A stretch of 64,000 bases of DNA from Psammoneis japonica (lineage: Eukaryota): assembly GCA_008632985.1 (NCBI GenBank), contig QPGO01000008.1:228979-292978 (forward strand), given 5' to 3'. How positions within the stretch are numbered: the first letter of the stretch is position 1; every line of letters begins with the position of its first letter. The translations under genes and the position numbers were made by a program. Below, in pieces: positions 59,441 to 64,000 of the stretch. Under the pieces are notes generated by a model that had not been told where the DNA came from, searched no databases, and was given only the letters and a program-made list of their open reading frames with translations.

Positions 59441-61075
59441 TTACAACGACGGAGGCGGTCGTGCCTGCAGTGGAGTCGGATCTGTCAGTCGGACACGTCC
59501 CAATTCTGGTGCCTCATCCTTTAGCGGCGGCCATTTACCTCCAGCCATGACATGCTCGACCTCTGAGATAGTTCTGGGACAAATGGTGTAGTTCACGAAT
59601 CCATCTTTGGTAATCGCAACGACATCCTCAAGACGGACGCCTCCAAAATTGCGGAATTCAGAGAGAACGCCTTTGTCTAAATGTTCGCCCAGCATGGGTG
59701 ATGCCAAAGCTTGGTCCAACAGGTGATCAATAAAGTAACAACCTGGTTCAACTGTCAAAACCATGTCGACATTGAGAGAACGCGCCGTGCGAAGAGATCG
59801 TAGCCCAGGCAATTCGCTACGCGCTGGATGTCCGGGCAAATACCCACCCACATCATGCGTGTCTATACCGACGAAATGACCAAGACCATGCGGCATAAAG
59901 ACTGCTCCCAGCCTCATTTCCACCAATTCATCAACGGAATTGGTCCCTGCAATGACGATGCCCTCCTCAATCAAAACCTCTAAAATTGCACCTTCCGCCG
60001 CCTTGTGACAATCTACCCATGAGACTCCTGGTTTCAGCATGGAATACACCGCACGCTGTGCGTTTAGGACGGCAGTATAAATACGGGCCTGCCTATCTGT
60101 GAAAGTACCATTGGCAGGAAAGGAACACGTCACATCACTGCCATATCCAAAGTACTCTGCGCCCAAATCAAAGAGACAGACATCTCCATCGTGGATTTCA
60201 CGTAAATTTGGCTCTCCAGCATGACCATAATGGAGAACTGCAGCGTTTGGACCGCAACCACAAATCGGAGTGTATCCTACCAAGCGACATCCATGAGTAT
60301 AGTAGCAATAATGCCGAAACAAGGATTCGCACTGGTACTCCATCATTTTCGGAGTGGTATGTCGCATCGTGTAAACGTGACCCAACGACGTGAGTTCCGT
60401 CACGTGTTGCATCAATTGTAATTCTTCAGTGCTCTTGTGTACCCGGCATTCGGCCAAGATTGGGAAAAGAGTGGAAGTGTCTGCCAGAGATGCGAGTTTG
60501 GTGCTTTTCAAAGTGGGTGCCTGATAGAGATTACCCGAATCCGAGTTGCGCCCCTGCATTAGCAAAAGCTTTGGCGAACAATGGCGGCTACCGTTGAGCA
60601 TCCCAACCGAGCCATTGCCATTTGCTGTAGCAAGTTTGCTTTTTCCGAGTAATAAATCTTCTAGATAAGCCTCTGCTTCGTCCACGTAGAGAACTTGATC
60701 GACTTGGTAGAGCTCTTTCCACTCTTCGGGTGTCATGATTTTGCCCATAAATGTCGCATACTCCTGAGGCAATCGCGGAACAAAGAGTGCGGTTCCTCCT
60801 GTATCCACCTCAAGACATGCTGAGCAATCTGGCTCCTTCACTCCCCAAAGATACAAAAAGTACGATTCCTGACGAAAAACTGGCTCATGGTCCGTGTCGT
60901 TGCGGTTCTCGGAAGCACCGCCTTTGAGGAAGACAACACTTCGCTGCGGTACAGCGTCGCTTTCTCTTAAAGTGCGGACCAGCTTTGATCGATTTCCACC
61001 GTATAAGTCCTTGAGAGATATCTTGTATGTGTTCAACCCCATCGACATAAAGGGAGAGGTGGGAGGAGTCGTCAT
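59441..61075 (-). CDS. PEPD: Xaa-Pro dipeptidase (prolidase, M24B)
   Basis: FRQESYFLYLWGVKEP, LFDLGAEY, MPHGLGH..G.DTHDVGG, TVEPGCYF and GGVRLED motifs. The likely start is MTTPP at 61075. Confidence 0.93.
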   Translation of the reverse strand: MTTPPTSPFMSMGLNTYKISLKDLYGGNRSKLVRTLRESDAVPQRSVVFLKGGASENRNDTDHEPVFRQESYFLYLWGVKEPDCSACLEVDTGGTALFVPRLPQEYATFMGKIMTPEEWKELYQVDQVLYVDEAEAYLEDLLLGKSKLATANGNGSVGMLNGSRHCSPKLLLMQGRNSDSGNLYQAPTLKSTKLASLADTSTLFPILAECRVHKSTEELQLMQHVTELTSLGHVYTMRHTTPKMMEYQCESLFRHYCYYTHGCRLVGYTPICGCGPNAAVLHYGHAGEPNLREIHDGDVCLFDLGAEYFGYGSDVTCSFPANGTFTDRQARIYTAVLNAQRAVYSMLKPGVSWVDCHKAAEGAILEVLIEEGIVIAGTNSVDELVEMRLGAVFMPHGLGHFVGIDTHDVGGYLPGHPARSELPGLRSLRTARSLNVDMVLTVEPGCYFIDHLLDQALASPMLGEHLDKGVLSEFRNFGGVRLEDVVAITKDGFVNYTICPRTISEVEHVMAGGKWPPLKDEAPELGRVRLTDPTPLQARPPPSL

Positions 61076-61209
61076 GGTGCTTTCGGTGTTTGTTTGCCTT
61101 TGTGTTCTTTGTTCTCTTGTATGGTACAAGTATTGCTGAGGTAACCTGTAACCTACGCACAGGGTAGGTGGGAAGGGCAGACGCATTGCTGACGACAAAC
61201 GTACGTACG

Positions 61210-64000
61210 TGCCGGTGCGCAACAATGCAACAATGGTGCGGCAATGATGATGTGGTAGACCAGAAGGTCGTCGTGAAAAGGAACCATGCAATGTTGAGCT
61301 CAGTTCTGACAAAGAAGCACTGGCGGCAGTGGATCTGTTTGTACCCCGAACAACTGCAGTTGGAACTGGGGTCGACACTTCTGTCGGACTTGAAACTGGT
61401 TTTTTTTTTTTGCTGTCCACCTCCTCTGATCTGTGCTCCAGCACTTCTTCAAAATGGCATGCTGGGTGCCACACTGCTGGTGAGGAACATGGCAGAAAGC
61501 TGCATTGCCAAGCAGCACTGCAGCCACAATGTCATTGAAATTCCAACAGCTTCAACTGCACAGTGTGATCTCTGCCAAGTGGCTGAGAGTTCATTTCAGC
61601 AAAAGCCATTGCTTGCTTCGGCTTGCATGATGTGTGTTGCTGCTTGTGTTTGATTTTTGCAGCCAGCTGTTTTTCACAATGTGCTGCACAGAAGCATTGT
61701 CATCTCCTCTGCTTCTTTGTCAAGAGCATCTTGGGGGGCTGAGGTGAGCCTCTTGTGCATTGCAAGCAATGGTTTGAGTTCAGACATCATGCACACAAAA
61801 GAGCAGAGAAAAGGAGGTTTTTAGCTGAAAAAATTCAGAGTTGCAGGAGGAGGCACAAAGAAGCCAGCTGCGTCATCCAAATTGGGGCAACACACTGAGT
61901 TGAGTGTTGCACGTTGTGGCAGGGCACTGATGACAAATGCAGGCCAGCTTCAGAGTGTGCAATGATCATTGTGGTGGTTTCAGCACCAGCGCGAGTGTGC
62001 CAGCAGGAGGAAGCAGGCAGTGAGAGACTTGGCCAGCCTCTGTGCTTCTCAGAGAGGACCTTGCTCATCTCAGAATCACACCACAGTGCTGTCTTCCAAC
62101 CTTGGGTGTTGGCGCTTTTTGCACCCAAGCCTCTCCACAATTTTGGCATTTGCTGACATTTCACAGCCAACACATCATCCTTTGCTGTTCTTGCCTCAAA
62201 CCTGGAGCCTGAAGAAGCAGTGAGAGGCGCAAGCCAGCCCAAAACAAAGAGATCCAGTGCTGAGGATCTGCACAATCTTGTCATTGGCCCGCACTTGTTC
62301 TTTGATGAGCAAGAGCTGCCCTCTTTATGACTCAAATGATCAAGCCAACTTGAAAAGATTGTTGCGAATTTCAGCCCTGAGCCCATTTTTTGAGACCTCA
62401 GCACTGACCAGTTCAGGACATCTTGCAAAGTTGCCCTTGCCAAGCAAAGTGTCAATGTCACAAGTGTGCTGATGTTGTGTGCAAGACCATGTGATGACAC
62501 CTTGCAGGCCCATGGCAGTTGGCCTGAGCACCTTTTCTGCCATTGTGTGGTCTTGAAACAACAAAAGAAGAAGATTTTGCCCTGGCAAACTCAGCTCACT
62601 TTCCATGTGTGTCAGTGCCATGCTGCTCATGTGGAAATGTGTGTGGAAGCATCTCTCCAAAAATGTTGTCATGCAGGTGTCCAAGAATGGTGCACAGAAA
62701 GAATGCAGAGAGGAAATGAGCACATTTGGGGGCCCTGCTCCTCTTCCAGCACAAAACTCACATTTTGTGTGCAGAAATGCTGGCCTCTTGTGTGGTGCTG
62801 CAATGACTTGATGTGACAACACACAAAGCAGCTTGCCTTTTGAGTGATGGCAAGGCAGGATGACAATGCAGCAATGACACAAGAAACAGAGCAGCAGCAG
62901 TGGCAACTGGGTGAGTTGTGGCACTCAAAAGTAACCTCATGTTTGGGACAAATTTGTCCTCAAGAGCTATCTTCTTGTGTGCAAAGGCAGGTGCTGCAAC
63001 AGATTTGTGAACTCAAGAGAATTTGTTCACGCAAACCCAAATGCATTGTTTGAGCAACAGTTGTCAACTGTGGTCTCATCCAGATTTGTGCACATGCTCA
63101 TTGTTTTAACAAAACACTCTGTGGCTCTCTCGCACAAATGGTTTGGTGTGGCAGGAACAACATCTGCAGTTTTTTGACAAAAAGTGCTGGTGGCAACAGC
63201 TCCAACATCTGTTTGTGCTCCAAGCATCAGCTTTGGAGCTGGGGTTGGCACTTCTGTGGAACTGGGGTTGGCGCTTTTTTGTCTGACATGAAATGGTTTT
63301 TTTGCTGTCCATCTCTGCTCTCTGCTCCCCACTTTTTCAAAGAGGCGCCACCCATGGGTGAGCAGGAACAAAGCAGAAAGCTGCACTTTCTAAGCAGCAT
63401 TGGAGCCATGTTGCCAAAGAAGTGTCCAAGCCAACAGTTTCAACTGCACTGTCATCTCTGCCAAGCAAGCTCATTTGCTTGAGCAAAAGCCAATGTTTTG
63501 AGTTTGCATGAGTGCTGCTTTTCACAACATGAGCTCTGTGCACTGCATGCCAGCATCATCTCCTCTGCTTCTTTGTCAAGAGCATGTTGGAAATGGAGAT
63601 CAGTCTTGTGCATTGTGGATGTGATGGCTCAAGTGCAGACATTGTGCACTTAAGAGCAGAAAAAAGTTTTGAAGTTCAACAGATTCAGGGTTGCAAATGG
63701 CAACAACAAAGATGAAGAAACAGCTCACTGAAACACAAAGAAGTCAACCACACCAGAGTTGGAACAACACCCAGAATTGAGTGCTGCACACTCTGACAGC
63801 GCACTGATGACAAATGCAAACCAACTTCAGAGTGTGCAATGATTGTCATGGCTTCAGTGAATGCCAGCAGTGAGAGACTTTGCCAGTCTCTGGAATGTGC
63901 TCCAAGGGAACAACTCGCAGTGGTGGCTGCAGACACGGCAAGAGAAAAATGCCACACCTGGCTCACTGCTGAGCCTTGGTGACCTTTTTCCCGCAGCTTT
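61210..64000. repeat. TpA/CpG-depleted repeat block 3 with a diverged ~1.9-kb direct duplication; continues beyond the window
   Basis: About 61380-62050 is similar to about 63280-63890, for example catctcctctgcttctttgtcaagagcat in both. Only about 7 TA after 61350. Confidence 0.75.

Noticed and set aside
61076..61474. N-terminal extension of prolidase in the ORF track
   Set aside because: It starts at a non-ATG codon and runs through UTR into the stop-poor repeat block. Homology begins after the Met at 61075.

Overview
This is eukaryotic, gene-dense DNA, most likely from a pennate diatom. That assignment rests on short GT-AG introns, an ASAF-type plastid-targeting leader and a CoDi-like Copia element. 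About 24 host genes are present, including an M64-like metallopeptidase, SDR, cyclophilin, HdeD-like protein, aldo-keto reductase, DGAT2, EEP hydrolase, IlvD/Edd sugar-acid dehydratase, Sas10/Utp3, MsrB-like protein, Wss1/WLM protease, condensin CAP-G and prolidase. Many carry 1-bp frameshifts that look like long-read consensus errors. Three sharply bounded repeat/TE blocks interrupt the genes: about 20.55-26.69 kb, 34.75-43.9 kb and 61.2-64 kb. In these blocks the dinucleotide TpA is almost completely erased; I read no TA at all across about 3 kb at 23.1-26.1 kb. Conserved Tyr codons and the primer-binding site of a Copia element show the direction: TA became TG or CA, meaning A-to-G on both strands, preferentially at TAY. 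This looks like a repeat-targeted 'reverse-RIP' hypermutation system, or a base modification that is systematically miscalled. It is separate from CpG decay, and I am not aware of a description of it. Other notable items are a Copia with 47-bp LTRs and no integrase, a nested 447-bp TRIM carrying a tRNA-like A/B-box module, a ~195-bp satellite, CTAG-rich intergenic islands and a 5-nt micro-exon. All counts are manual and approximate.
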